From the NCBI GenBank assembly GCA_030264375.1, contig JASCQW010000099.1, positions 45,643,514-45,707,513 of the forward strand: a DNA stretch of 64,000 bases, given 5' to 3'. Below, piece after piece: positions 51,346 to 63,915 of this stretch (the stretch's first letter is position 1; the number at the start of each line of letters is the position of its first letter). The stretch comes from Carcharhinus longimanus. Its lineage: Eukaryota. The translations under genes were made by a program, and so were the position numbers. The notes under the pieces were generated by a model that did no database searches, had not been told where the DNA came from, and saw only the letters and a program-made list of their open reading frames with translations.

Positions 51346-52439
51346 GTCGTAAATTGTTTACAAAGTTTATCCAAGTTTTTACCATTATGCTTTTTGATTG
51401 TTCCATCTACATTTTGGGCCTGATTTATAAGTATTAAAAGTGATTACACATCAGATGAAAAATTAGCACGTAATGGCATACTGAAATCAAAGGTATGCCA
51501 AAATGGAGACCCACAACAAAATTTCAAGCACAATAATGCGTTCTCATTACCAAATGACTAAACAAGACAATAGAAAAAAATCTGTACAAATATATGACTC
51601 ACTAATGGTGAATATCTCAATGTTTATGGGACTATATGTTAAAATTATAAAGTAATTTTAAGGCTGATGCAGCAACCTATTATATAATCACTTCACTTGT
51701 GATTGTTATCTGTTTTAACCCAATTATTGAACACTATTTCAGCTTATACCTTGAAGTAAAAGGTTTGATTTCCTTGTACCCAAAATAATTAACGGAATCT
51801 TTGATTCTGTAATTCAGGATAAGAAGTTAAGCAACATAAGATTGAATTTTCTTTGGATACACAGAAAACAAAATTATACCTGGCTATGCCCTTAGGGGAG
51901 CACACAGCAATAAAAGCTTTCCCTCCTTGTGTTTTTATTTCAAATTTCCAGTTTGATGAAAAATGCTTTATTAACGTTATAACATTATGCTTATAGATCC
52001 AAATGCATTGACATCAAAATCTATTGAAGCCCCTATGCATCTGCTTTAACAGGGAGAGGGAAGTCACATTTTCAATCCAGTCAGGTTCGAAACAAATGAT
52101 TGAGATTTTAACAAGAATTTGTTAAAGTGCCATAATTGTGCAGGAAATGGAAGAGCAGAGATTGTTGTGGAAAATCGGATTTGAAAAATTTTAAATATAG
52201 GTAGCAACTGACTGCAGCAGTACAAGCAGATCTTTAATCCAAAGTAATTAAAATAAAGCACTTGGAGTTGCTTTGCGTTTTATATGATGACAGATCTTAT
52301 TAAAAAGAAAAAAAGAATGATTTGCATTTATATAGTGTTATGATCTCGGTGAAGACTATTAACTTTAAATCAGAAATTTGAACTCCCTGTTATTAACAAA
52401 GCAAAACACCCCACAAGATTTCACGTTTTTAAAAAAAAT

Positions 52440-52706
52440 TTAAAGTTTATTTATTAGTCGTAAGTATGCCTCTGTTAACACTGCAGTGAAGTTACTAAAA
52501 TCCCCTAGTTGCCACACTCTGCTTATTCGAGTACACTGAGGGAGAATTTAGCATGGCCAGTGCACATAACCAGCACATCTTTCAGACATTGGGAGGAAAC
52601 CAGACCACCCAGAGGAAACCCACATACGTATGGGGAGAACATGCAAACTCTACACAGACAACGATCCAAGCCAGGAATCGAACCCAGGTCCCTGGCGCTG
52701 TGAGGT
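52440..52706 (-). mobile_element. V-SINE with a different (Rex1-like) tail
   Basis: ggaatcgaacccaggtccctggcgctgtgagg (B box, reverse strand), a V domain, and tail tttaaagtttatttattagtcgtaag...gaagttact. Confidence 0.85.
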
Positions 52707-53749
52707 TAAACAAAGAATGTACTACTAATGTTATGCTATGGGCCGAATAACATGCTCCAAAATTGGGAGCATTTCCCACTCATGCTGATGTATTATTGGG
52801 TGTGAGTACATGGGGTTGAGTTCCCAATGTCATGGGAATAATATGGCAGGTGAGCAGGGTTGAAAATCAGGAAGCCCATCTGTGTTATTCAGATTTAAGT
52901 AATGTGTGTATTTCAGCACATTAATGACCCCAATTATCTGGTATAATAAGTAGTGCCAGCAAGATGAAGAACTGATGGGGATCTGGATGTTTATGATTTT
53001 AAGTTGGTATCGTGATAAAATGTTTTGGGCAAAATTAAATAAAATGTAGGTAATATTGGAAAAAAAAATGCACTTGCTGAGTCTTTTTGACACCATATGG
53101 GGCTTGTGTTTTGATTTGGAGGCAGCTTGTTCAAGTGGGTGTAAAAGTTCAGCTGACCATTAGCAATTCAGTGTTCTGATGCTGCTGGAAATACTTTCTT
53201 CAAAGAACAGAGATTCCATTTAAACTAATACTAATTAGAAGCCCCTTTCCTCCTGCAGAGTGGTCCAGTTAGACTTTGTCTATCACCCCAGGCTTTAAAG
53301 TAGCCAAAAAATGGACATTGTTGTCTCTGTGGGAGACATAATCTCCAGTGAGGAGGAGATTGAAAAGAAGGAGCGATCAGGAGGTTCAAGATTTACTGGT
53401 AGTGCATGAGGAGGACAGAGCTGCATCACTCCTAGATGAAGCTATCATACATCCTCAGCGGGAGGTGCAGCAGGACTTATGCAGTCCCTTGAGTATACAG
53501 GGACTGAGCTATAGTGACGCAATGCAATAGAAGGCTCAACCTTTCAAGAGCCATGGTCACATCATTTGCTAGCATGCTCACAGGGAAGATCTCCTCCAAC
53601 TTCGCTCAAGTTCTTTGTGACATGCTCCTTTCAGGAAGCATGTGGAAACCTCAGTGACATATCACTACCTATTGCAGGTTTTCACTGATGCTCTGCTTCA
53701 AAGGGCAGAGTCAACTGAGTAAAGCCAGAGGATTTATGGCTATTGAAGA

Positions 53750-55550
53750 TTTGCGCAGTGTACAGGGAGCCAATGATTGCACACTTGATACCATAAAGTC
53801 TTCGGCTGGACAGACATTTGAATTCAACTTTGTTTTCTGTTAATACACAAATGATCTTTTGAGATACAAAGGTCCCTTAGGTCTGTGATTAGGTCTATGA
53901 ATTTGAGATTTTGTGATGTTACCATGAAGATATGAGCTATTTTGTTGTGAGAACCTGCAAGATAATCAACTTAGTTATACTGCTGAAGATGATTTGATCA
54001 TCTGTAGATGCATAGAAGTCAATGACCTGATCCTGAGATAACTAACAATGTAGTCAGCACTTGGTGCTCATTGTGGTGAGTGAACTTTTTATCACAGGGA
54101 TACATCTACCAACGTTCACATGCATTGATGCAGGCTAGTATTTCGGCTCTCTAGTACAGTATTCCTGTTCTGTTCCTGTCAATAGATATGACACATATGC
54201 AATTGGTTGCTCATTTCCTTCAATGTACTGTGATAGTATAGCTCCAGTTGCAGTTCCCAGCCCATCACTATGACATACATTTCAGCAAATGACCTGAAAT
54301 GCATGAGGACTGGTGGAAATGCTAGCTTCACCTTTAATGTTTCAAATGCTGTTTGCTGTGCGATTGTGTTTTTTTGCGCATTATCTTCCAAGGATGCTCT
54401 ACAATCTCTGCATATTTATGAACAGTTGTGTGATATAAGTTGGTTGTACTCAGGAACATGCCAACTATTCCCCATTAGACATGATCAGAAGTTCATGAAT
54501 GGCTTTGACTTGTTACGTTTAGGCTGTATTCCAGCTGCTGTATTGTAGAAGGTCCACCTTGGATGATACAGATCTGCATTTGTCCTTGTTGAACATTACG
54601 TTGAGTTGAGTAAGCACTGCTGATAATCATTGATCATATTCTGCTTTGTCCCTTCCATGGACAATTACATCATCATTTGGCTACCTGGAAAGTGAACCTG
54701 TCTCGTGTGAAGCTTTTATAGCAGACCAGATCTATGACTGTCCATGAAATTGGAATGAGTCATCTTAAACTTGAAGTATATCTGTCACAGGAATGGGAGG
54801 GAATTACAAAAAATACTGATGGTAAAGTTTGTCATTCAATGCAGATATTTTTGCACCAAGATTGATAAGAGCTGAAGTGGGATACCCATTATGTTGACTG
54901 AGCATTCTTTAAGATGACTTTTGGGATCATATATACGTCACATTCAGGAAGAACCTTTTCCAAATATGAATTGATGAAGTTTTCTTCAATAATCTGCAAA
55001 GTGATTTCACTTAAAGAATGAATTCACTTTTTAACCTCAGGCCTGGTGTGGTGGTATAACTCGATTTGCATTTCCACAACTTGGACACAGTTTGGAAGAT
55101 ATCTTACTGTGATGGAACACACATTAATGAGATTGCTGAGCTATCATTCTCACAGTCAAGCTGGTTGCACAATGTAAGGGTGCATTGCTATGTAACCTCT
55201 TTGAATTTGACATAAAAAAATTGATTTGTTCTGCCGAGGTTAGAATTTTTCCAAGGTTAAATCACCATCCTCTATACGGAGATGTTCCTTAATTCATGGA
55301 ATTGAATTCCCTTCAATTAACTGGCCACAAATTAGTTCACTGGATACTGTGTCAAATTTACATGTAAAAGACATTTGTTGCAACACTACCACGTACTGTT
55401 TAATGGGTTCATCATTTCCTTGACATCTCTGATGGAATGTATATTGCTTGATCATTGCAATTGTCTTTGGAGGAAGTATTTTTCAAGAGCACTCACTGCT
55501 CTATCTAACGTAAACGTATCTTCTGTGCACTGCTCAACTATTCTCTGGTC
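53750..55550 (-). mobile_element. Decayed Ty3/gypsy pol (RT-RNase H) remnant
   Basis: The minus strand gives QQTAFETLKVKLAFPPVLMHF, then EQPIAYVSYLLTGTEQEYCTRE, LACINACERW and KKFT...HQVL. DDVIVHG near 54655-54680 is the decayed YxDD region. Outer limits are uncertain. Confidence 0.7.
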
Positions 55551-55569
55551 TTCTGCTCCAAGACAATCA

Positions 55570-55695
55570 CCAGAATTCTACTGACCTGCCCCACCATGGG
55601 AATCAGAGCAGGCAAGGGGCCAACAATGGGAAGGTCCATTGACCTTGGGCAGGATTTTATAGTTTCAGGACAAGCAAGGCTGTAAAATCCCAACC
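55570..55695. mobile_element. ~130-bp MITE, same family as 48873-49002
   Basis: Direct sequence similarity between the two copies; termini ccagaattcta / taaaatcccaacc. Confidence 0.7.
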
Positions 55696-56827
55696 AGTGT
55701 ACAAGTACTGCTTTTTTAAAGATTGCTGGTACACTGGGACTCTTCATACCTGCCGCAAGCAAGTAGGTTTTGAATCTCAAAATCCATTGATCACAGGAAA
55801 TGGGAGAATCTCCCGGAAATGAAAGAAATGGTTCTTGGGTGATAAAATTAAACTTTCCTCAGCCATCCTTGTCAATAAGTTGTTATGTATTCACCAGCTT
55901 GCTGTATATCTAATCTATCTTATATAACAGAGTGATATTGGGATTACACTAATTCTAAAACTACAAATTTGTTTTTTTACAATACTTTAAGATAATAAGC
56001 ATGGCATTTATATGCACATGTTCAAGCTTAGAATCTGGAACATTCTGTAGTTGTATCTGTTACTTATAGCTTCACCCACAGGCTTAAGCAATTAAGTATA
56101 ATAATCATAGATCGCTGAAGTAACTAACATCAAACACAAATCAATTTTACCATAGAACCCCAGAGCAACATGACACACCTGAGATATCCAGGCAAAGAGT
56201 TAAACTGATTATCTCTGACTTTAAATCTATCTTTTAGTCTGGGAAACCAGCATAATTTAAAGCCATTATAGAGACAATTGTAGACATTCTGTCACCACTG
56301 ATTTAGAAAGGAGTCACCCATTGTTTAATGTTTTCCTAATTCCACCTCTGACATTATTAAATAAACATAGACCATCCTTTGAATTGCAATTACTCTAGGC
56401 TTTGTTTACCAGCATTTCAACCTGGCAGCTTCCATTTTTTGCACTTAAACATTTCAATCCCTAAACAAGCAGTTCATCCTCCTTTGGGCAAACATATTGT
56501 GGGTTAACTTATTAAAATTAGGTACATGGGAACAGTTATACACAGGAATACCACCTGAAGATATCATAACTGTGTGTTTGTGCTCTGCTCAAAGCAAAAG
56601 CAAAACTAAGACTGTATCACATGACACATATCTCTGCTAATGATGTCATGCTGATATTTCTAAAAGGCATATTATGATATTCCCCTTTCTTTTTAAAGCT
56701 ATTTTCCCCTTCCAAAAAGTCTAACTATTTACAATACATGTTCCCCATTTAGTTAACATTACATAAGTGCTTAGAACTGATGAGCCTATGAGCCTTTAAA
56801 GTAAAATATTCAGTTCTCATTCAATGT

Positions 56828-56960
56828 ATAAAAACAGATTTTCTGATCACTATTTGCAGTTGGGAGCTTGTTGTGTGCAAACTGGCTGCTACATTTTCTA
56901 GATATTGACCACATTTCAAAAGTACTTGGTTGGTTGTAGAGTGTTGTAAAATGCATTTAA
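56828..56960 (+). mobile_element. Deu-domain SINE (SacSINE1-like) 3' fragment
   Basis: aaaacagattttctgatcact...tgggagcttgttgtgtgcaaactggctgc...ttcaaaagtacttggttggttgta matches the recalled DeuSINE 3' part. Confidence 0.6.
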
Positions 56961-57525
56961 GGGAGATCGGCATGGCACCACTAGAGGGGCTAGTGTGCAG
57001 TGTGATCCAGACTTGGTTTCATTTTAGCTAGGCATTTCTCAGGGGTTCACTTTTAGAGGCCAGCAAGTCAACATGCCAGAATCTTTATGGCCTGATTTTC
57101 TTCACTCATACATGGGAACAGATCAGATGTGAAGTCTTAAGAGAGACAGCCTATTGGCCAGCTACAAACAATGACATTGAAGTAGTTGTCAAGCTGATAA
57201 ATGCCAAGAGCAGCTGCCAAGTCAGCACAATGGACCATTGATTGCACATGAAGTTCCTCCCCATCTTTGCTCCAAAATTGCATCCTCAGTATAACAGAGG
57301 ACAAACCAGATCCGTTTCATATCCTCAACCACAATACAGTCCTATTGCATCTGGAATAACATCCCAAATGCAACTAGGAACCATATCCAAGCATGACAAT
57401 ACTACTGATCACTGCAAACAATTAAAAAAGCCTCCAGCCAAGGTTATCATTACAAGATCTGAGCTAATCAGCAGATTATCTTTGTGCTTTAAAGACTCAT
57501 TCAAAAGCACCTCAAAGAGTGTAAG

Positions 57526-57830
57526 ACGGCATGGTGGCACATGGTTAGTACTGCTGCCTCTCAGCACCAGGGACCTAGGTTTAATTCTGGCCTTGGGTGA
57601 CTGTCTATGTGGAGTTTGCACCTTTTCCCTCTGTCTGCATGGGTTTTCTCCAGATGCTTCAGTTTCCTCCCACGGTCCAATGAAATGTGAATTAAGTTGA
57701 TCGGTCATACTTAATTACTCCTTAATATCGGGGAGATTAGCATGGTAAATACATGGGGTTACAGGGATTGGGTCTGGGTGGGATTGTTGTTGGGCTGAAT
57801 GGCCTCTTTCTGCACTGAAAGGATTCTAGA
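57526..57830 (+). mobile_element. HE1/V-SINE, full length, diverged
   Basis: ggcatggtggcacatggttagtactgctgcctctcagcaccagggacctaggtttaattc..., a V domain, and tail gggctgaatggcctctttctgcactg. Confidence 0.88.
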
Positions 57831-57899
57831 CTTTGATGAATCTTCAAACTATTTTTTTCTGGAATTTGAAATCTTTTCACGAGCATTACAGTGGGTCAA

Positions 57900-58365
57900 A
57901 GGGGGAACCAAAACAGAAATTCATCTCTTAACTAATTAGGGGGGGGGAGGGTGCGAGGGTAGGTGACATTAAGAGGCCTAAAGTTAAGGAGAGGGTACAG
58001 GTAAGGGTAGAGGCCGAGGATGTCCCAATAATAAAGGGAGTAGGGGGCGTGAGTATGGTTGGTGGCGTTCCGGCAAATAGGGTCCAGGTGAAGGCTGGGA
58101 TGAAGGCACTTTATCTGAATGCACGAAGCATTCGGAATAAAGTNNNNNNNNNNNNNNNNNNNNNNNNNNNNNNNNNNNNNNNNNNNNNNNNNNNNNNNNN
58201 NNNNNNNNNNNNNNNNNNNNNNNNNNNNNNNNNNNNNNNNNNNGAGAGGGCGGGAATGTGGAACTGAGCCACGACAGATCAGCCATGATCTCATTGAATG
58301 GCGGGGCAGGCTCGAGGGGCCAGATGGCCTACTCCTGCTCCTATTTCTTATGTTCTTATGTTCTA
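57900..58365 (+). mobile_element. Young, possibly near full-length CR1 LINE collapsed across the N-gap 58144-58243
   Basis: Left of the gap is KALYLNARSIRNK, the start of the CR1 ORF2 APE domain. Right of the gap is an intact 3' UTR with CpGs and a (cttatgtt)n tail. Confidence 0.85.
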
Positions 58366-60304
58366 AATGTTTACATAAGCAGTTTCAATTATAAATGTTG
58401 ACATTAAAGCTTAAATCAAAAATTGTGTCAAAGGAGTTAAGGTTTGTGGGTAGGAAAGACATGTTATAAGCAAGAGTTTTGATAATGTATAAATACCACA
58501 AATAATTCTCTCTTTTCATCTTCATTATATTTTGATCTGAACCATCATATTTCATCTTCCCAAATAAAAGATAATACAGCATTAAACAAAAAACAATTGG
58601 GAAAATGAGAAATAGTTTTATTTTTAAATTAATATTGTCCTTGGTCCAAAAAAAGATTAAGAACATCTGCAATGATGGACAGATATGTAAACAAAGGACC
58701 AACCAAGTTGATAGTTCCTTTCCTTGACTGTTCGCCCACAGATCACAAATATAGGGTGGAATTTTACCAAAATTCAGAGTGTGAGGTTCAGACTGAAAAC
58801 CAGCATGTATCTCTGCAGACCCACACCAAATTTTCGGACCAGATTTACTGGTGCTGAATGCATATCAAATCTAGTGGCCGTGGTTTGCACTGTCATTCTG
58901 TATGACCCAGGCTGGCCAACAGGAGACTGTTTGTCTGTTAAGGCAAAGTCTGTTTGTCTGTTAAGGCAAAGGCCCTTTCAACCTCCCTCTCAATTCTTAA
59001 TGGTTGAGACATTTAACAATCTTGGGATCCAGATAAGGGATACATGTTCTCACGAAAGGTAATGTGCGGAGATGTGAGTCATGTGACATGGACTTCTTGC
59101 TGAACTGCAATGTCTAAATCTCACTCGCGACCTCGCAGTCAAGGCGTGCTGGTCCAGGTTGGACTCCTGGCCCTATCTACACTGCTTCTGCTGGAAGTTC
59201 TATATTATTGCCTGCAAGATTGATTCATCCCTGTATGCCGGTCTCAATATGTGAAGTCAATATCATTAGAAAAGTGAATTATATAGCATTGGTTCTCAGT
59301 CCCTTGACCTCTATGAAGGAATATCTCATTGAACTTTGATTCTGGGCTCTGGAATGTGCATCAAACAATATTTATGTTCTCTGTGTTCTCAGGACTGCAA
59401 ATCTTAATTTTCTCTATCCCATTTTTACTGCATAAATGCACAGGAGGCAATGTTGTGACTCTTCTCCCAGTTTTTCAATATGTGCAAATAAACTAACCCT
59501 TAAGTTCATCATATCTCAAATTTGCTTTGGGGTTATTAATTGAAGTTGGATCACACCATAACTGAATGGTTGGGAGATATGCCACCAGTTATAAAAGGGG
59601 AAATAAATCAAAAGCACCTTTCTGTTTATGGAGGGGTACAGTGAGAAGAGAATTGGTTCTGTACAAATTAATCCTCCTCCAGTCCATTGCAAAAGGGAAA
59701 TGCATCTCTAAGGAACCAGGAGGTCCTTAAAAGTGATCGTTTGAAGGGACTGGGAGTGCAGGCCAGGGAGATCAGTTTCTTGTATCTGAACTTGCAATCA
59801 TGGCTGCAGTGTTACAAATATAAAGGCCTCACCCAGTTGGTAAAGGTCAGTAAACACATCTTCTCATGGCATTTCCTATCCATCACACCACCAACCTCTC
59901 ATGCTACTCACTGCATCATACCCACATCACTCCTGGACATTCAGGACTCATGTTTAACATTCAGATACTCCATCTTGCCCTCAGCGAACTATCAATCATG
60001 TGAGCCTCACTCTCACCTCTCCCTGCCTTCACATACTTCTAGCTATTCAGCTGTTGCCGGCACATTACCCAATCACAGTGCAACAAAATCACTGGCATTC
60101 TGTTCTCTCTCATATGGGCCTCAGTGCCACACATAGAGGGAACCGAGCAGAACCCATGGGGGAAAAGATGCCTGCATCTTCTGAGTACTACGGAGAAAAT
60201 AGTTCTGTTATTCATGGGGACAGCTGTGATGGAGCCTGCAGCACTTCGTGTCACTGAAAACTTTGAGGATGGTGGCATATCCCCCCGCCCCCCCCCCATT
60301 GCTA

Positions 60305-61020
60305 CACTGTAGTTAAGAAAGCCCACCAATGCCTCAACTTTCTCAGAAGACTAAGGAAATTTGNNNNNNNNNNNNNNNNNNNNNNNNNNNNNNNNNNNNN
60401 NNNNNNNNNNNNNNNNNNNNNNNNNNNNNNNNNNNNNNNNNNNNNNNNNNNNNNNNNNNNNNNTAAGAAAGCCCACCAATGCCTCAACTTTCTCAGAAGA
60501 CTAAGGAAATTTGGCATGTCAGCTACGACTCTCACCAACTTTTTCAGATGCACCATAGAAAGCATTCTTTCTGATTGTATCACAGTTTGGTATGGCTCCT
60601 GTTCTGCCCAAGACCACAAGGAACTACAAAAGGTCGTGAATGTAGCCCAGTCCATCACTCAAACCAGTCTCCCATCTATTGACTCTGTCTACACTTCCCA
60701 CTGCCTCGGAAAAGCAGCCAGCATAATTAAGGACCCCACACGCCTTGGACATTCTCTCTTCTACCTCCTTCCTTCGGGAAAAAGATACACAAGTCAGAGG
60801 TCACGTACCAACCAACTCAAGAACAGCTTCTTTCCTGCTGCTATCAGACTTTTGAATGGACTTACCTTGATCTTTCCCTACACCCTAGCTATGGTTGTAA
60901 CACTGCATTCTGCACTCTTTTGTTTCCTTCTCTGAATGGTATGTTTTGTCTGTATAGCACGCAAGAAACAATACTTTTCACTGCATGTTAATATATATGA
61001 CAACAATAAATCAAATAAAA
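60305..61020 (+). mobile_element. Rex1/Babar LINE 3' ~0.6 kb
   Basis: Reads VVKKAHQCLNFLRRLRKFGMSATTLTNFFRCTIESILSDCITVWYGSC...LLPSGKRYTSQRSRTNQLKNSFFPAAIRLLNG, with tail acaacaataaatcaaataaaa. Confidence 0.92.
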
Positions 61021-61372
61021 TGTTCCTGCCTCATGCACTTATTGAACTCCCAGCTCATTCTGAAAGTTTGCATGATGAGCAATCTATTGGTGGTATAACG
61101 AAGGACCCCTTGCTTCTCAACTGATCCTGCTTGTCTCGTACCAACTGCAGCCTTTCCAGCCACAACAGCCCTAGAGAAAAAGAGGGAGTGATGACACAAT
61201 GCTAATGATGATGTCCTGCCATTTAATCTGACACTCTCAGCTACCAACTGAGATAGTGGCAGTGCACCTAACGTGGAGGCCATTGTCGAGTTGAGATCAG
61301 CTGTGATGGAGCCTGCAGCACTTGGGGGGTCACTGAGAACTTTGAGGATGGTGGCATGACCCCTCCCATTGC

Positions 61373-61728
61373 TACACTGTAGTTAAGAAGCCCACCAACA
61401 CCTTTACTTTCTCAGNNNNNNNNNNNNNNNNNNNNNNNNNNNNNNNNNNNNNNNNNNNNNNNNNNNNNNNNNNNNNNNNNNNNNNNNNNNNNNNNNNNNN
61501 NNNNNNNNNNNNNNNAGACTAAGGAAATTTGGCATGTCAGCTATGATTATCAACAACTTTTACAGATGCACCATAGAATGCATTCTTTCTGATTGTATTA
61601 CAACTTGGTATGGCTCCTGCTCTGCCCAAGACTGCAAGGAATTACAAAAGGTCGTGAATGTATTCCGATCCATCATGCAAACCAGCTTCCCATCCATTTA
61701 CTCTTGTCTACACTTCCCACTGCCTCGG
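61373..61728 (+). mobile_element. Second, 3'-truncated copy of the Rex1/Babar fragment
   Basis: Reads MSAMIINNFYRCTIECILSDCITTWYGSCSAQDCKELQKVVNV, with the same 5' junction as 60305. Confidence 0.88.
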
Positions 61729-63189
61729 CTTAATGCAAGTGATCTGCAGCTGTCTGGTAGGTGAGGTCATAGCCAAGTCCAGCTGCAGAGGACTCAGAAA
61801 AAGGTCTTGATAATGAATCATACAAGAGAGTGCTGATGGCATGTGCACTGAGATGCTTGTTGCATTGGCTGGCTTAACAAACATTTTCCTAAGATTGTCA
61901 ATGAGGTGTCCAGTTGCAACTAGGCAGTGGGTGTCACAATCTTCCTGCAACCTCCACTCCATTTCCCTGTCACGGTGCAAATCCAGAGACTACTGCCTCC
62001 ATGTTTGTTGCAGTCTTTGTGTGGACAGGTCATCTGATCCTCTGGCAAGTCGAGATTCACCACTACATCTCCAAAAACACTCCAGAATGCCTCCAGAAAC
62101 TTTGCAATTACAGACATATTTCATAATCACCTTCCCAGCTAGATGTTTTTTGACCTTTTAAATAGCATTACTACTGGGCCCATCTTGCAGCTCATGTTTG
62201 TAGACTGGTGAGTGAATTTGTTGTCTGGACCCAAGAGGTGCAAATGAGGTATTCTGGTTTAATTTCAACTGGTGAGTTGGTGTGATATCAGGGCAACAGT
62301 CCGGCTCAAGAGCTATTGCCACAAACCACTGGTAGCACAGTGCGCCTGAGCAAAACTGTAGCGATGCTGCAGCGATGAAGCTTGTGCTCTCATTTTTTAC
62401 TCTGTCCTCTTTTCATGATATTCACTGATATCTGGTTAGTTCGTTTATAATGGTTTAGTTTTTTTTAAATGGATGCAGTACATTAATATCATCTTTCACA
62501 GCACAAGTTTGCAGATACATTATTTGGCTGATGTGCTGCCAACATTGCCACACAACGAAGATGATCACTGAAATACAAGTCTGATTAATGTATGCATTAT
62601 GATGGGTTTAAGCTATTTAACAATTCTGTAGACATAAAAGTCACTGCAATGTAAAAAGTTGCTGAATTTTATCACGCATTTGTCTCAATTCATCATGGTG
62701 CCCAGTGTGTACCATTCATTATTCTGACAATAACAGTTCTTTACAGATAGAAGATTAGTGTCTATGATTTTGCAAAGGGAAATTTTTCAGTTTGTGAAAT
62801 TGGACCTCCTTTGAACCTGCAGAGGGCAGCATGGAGAAATACTGAAATGATAATCATCAATAGATTTGTTTGTCATAACGCCTTTACGGTCATGGTAATA
62901 AGTCTGTGTTTTAGTTGAGGCAGAGTTCCCTTAATAACAGCAAGCCCATTGATAGATTTCTACTGTAACTAAAGCAATTCAGGTTCAAATCTATTAGATA
63001 CTGTAAACAAATCAAAATACTTCATTTGATTATTCCTTTGATTTCTTAATATGCCATACTTCCTCTCACATTTAACACCATCTAGTAACTTTCATTAGTG
63101 AAATTCATGAAATTAAATAGCTGTTGGAAGTAGCTTCTGATATGGAAGCTGTTTACACTGAGCATCCCCTTAACTTCTGAATTTCCAAT

Positions 63190-63610
63190 TAACAAAGTAT
63201 TCTGATTTGTCTTTCTCAAATCCAAAGCTGATAACTTCATGTTTGAATTCAATCTGTCATAGTTTAGCCTACATCCATCCACTAATTTTGCTATACCTTC
63301 TAATTTAAAGTTGTCTACAAAAGAAAGATAGACAGCACCTTCACCAAAATCACAATATATCGAGGAAAATTGGTGTTGCACTGCAGATCAGACTTGTCAC
63401 ATCTTTCTCATTAGAGTAAGAACCCTTTACCTCTACTTTCTGTCGCCTATCTACCAATTTAACATCATTACATGTCACAAGGTTACTCACAGTTCCATGT
63501 ACTCGATATTTTTGAAAGTGATCTAATACAGAGCCTTATCAAATGCTTCCTATGAGCCTATGTTGATAACTATAGCCACGCTCTTACCAACGATATTAAA
63601 TACAATCCTA
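63190..63610 (-). mobile_element. Very old CR1/L2 RT fragment
   Basis: The minus strand gives LSFVDNFKLEGIA (FADDTKLGG-like), and ccttatcaaatgcttcc reverse-translates to the AFDKV-like motif. Confidence 0.5.
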
Positions 63611-63649
63611 TCCCAAGCTTCACTCATTGGCATTTCTACCAACTACAAA

Positions 63650-63915
63650 CTATTTTGTACCATTCTGCACTAAGTCTGTCCACCCATCATCTGAGCCTCT
63701 AATTCCCTGTCCTCTATATTGATTTCAAAATCTTTAGTCTTTGTTATACATCCTTTTGAGGCTTTGTTTTGTCCTGTCTGAAATATCTGCAACCCCTTTT
63801 CATGGATCTCATGATTTGCTCTTTTGAATCCAGTTTGCTATGTACTCTTTTCTTCTCCCCTGTTGTTGATAGACTTTCCAGCCGTCATAGCCCTGCACCA
63901 TATTGTCTGGAAAAT
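63650..63915 (+). mobile_element. L2-like LINE 3' relic
   Basis: tccctgtc...attgatttcaaaatc resembles L2 LHWLPV..RIDFKIL; gactttccagccgtcatagccctgcac. Confidence 0.35.

Noticed and set aside
57242-57700. 152-aa ORF
   Set aside because: No recognisable domain; the C-terminal half is translated SINE sequence.
60314-60513. Exact ~50-bp direct repeat flanking an N-gap
   Set aside because: Same contig-overlap artefact, inside a Rex1 copy.
60516-60935. 139-aa ORF as a host gene (DUF1891-like)
   Set aside because: It is the C-terminus of a multi-copy Rex1/Babar LINE ORF, 5'-truncated and followed by the LINE tail.
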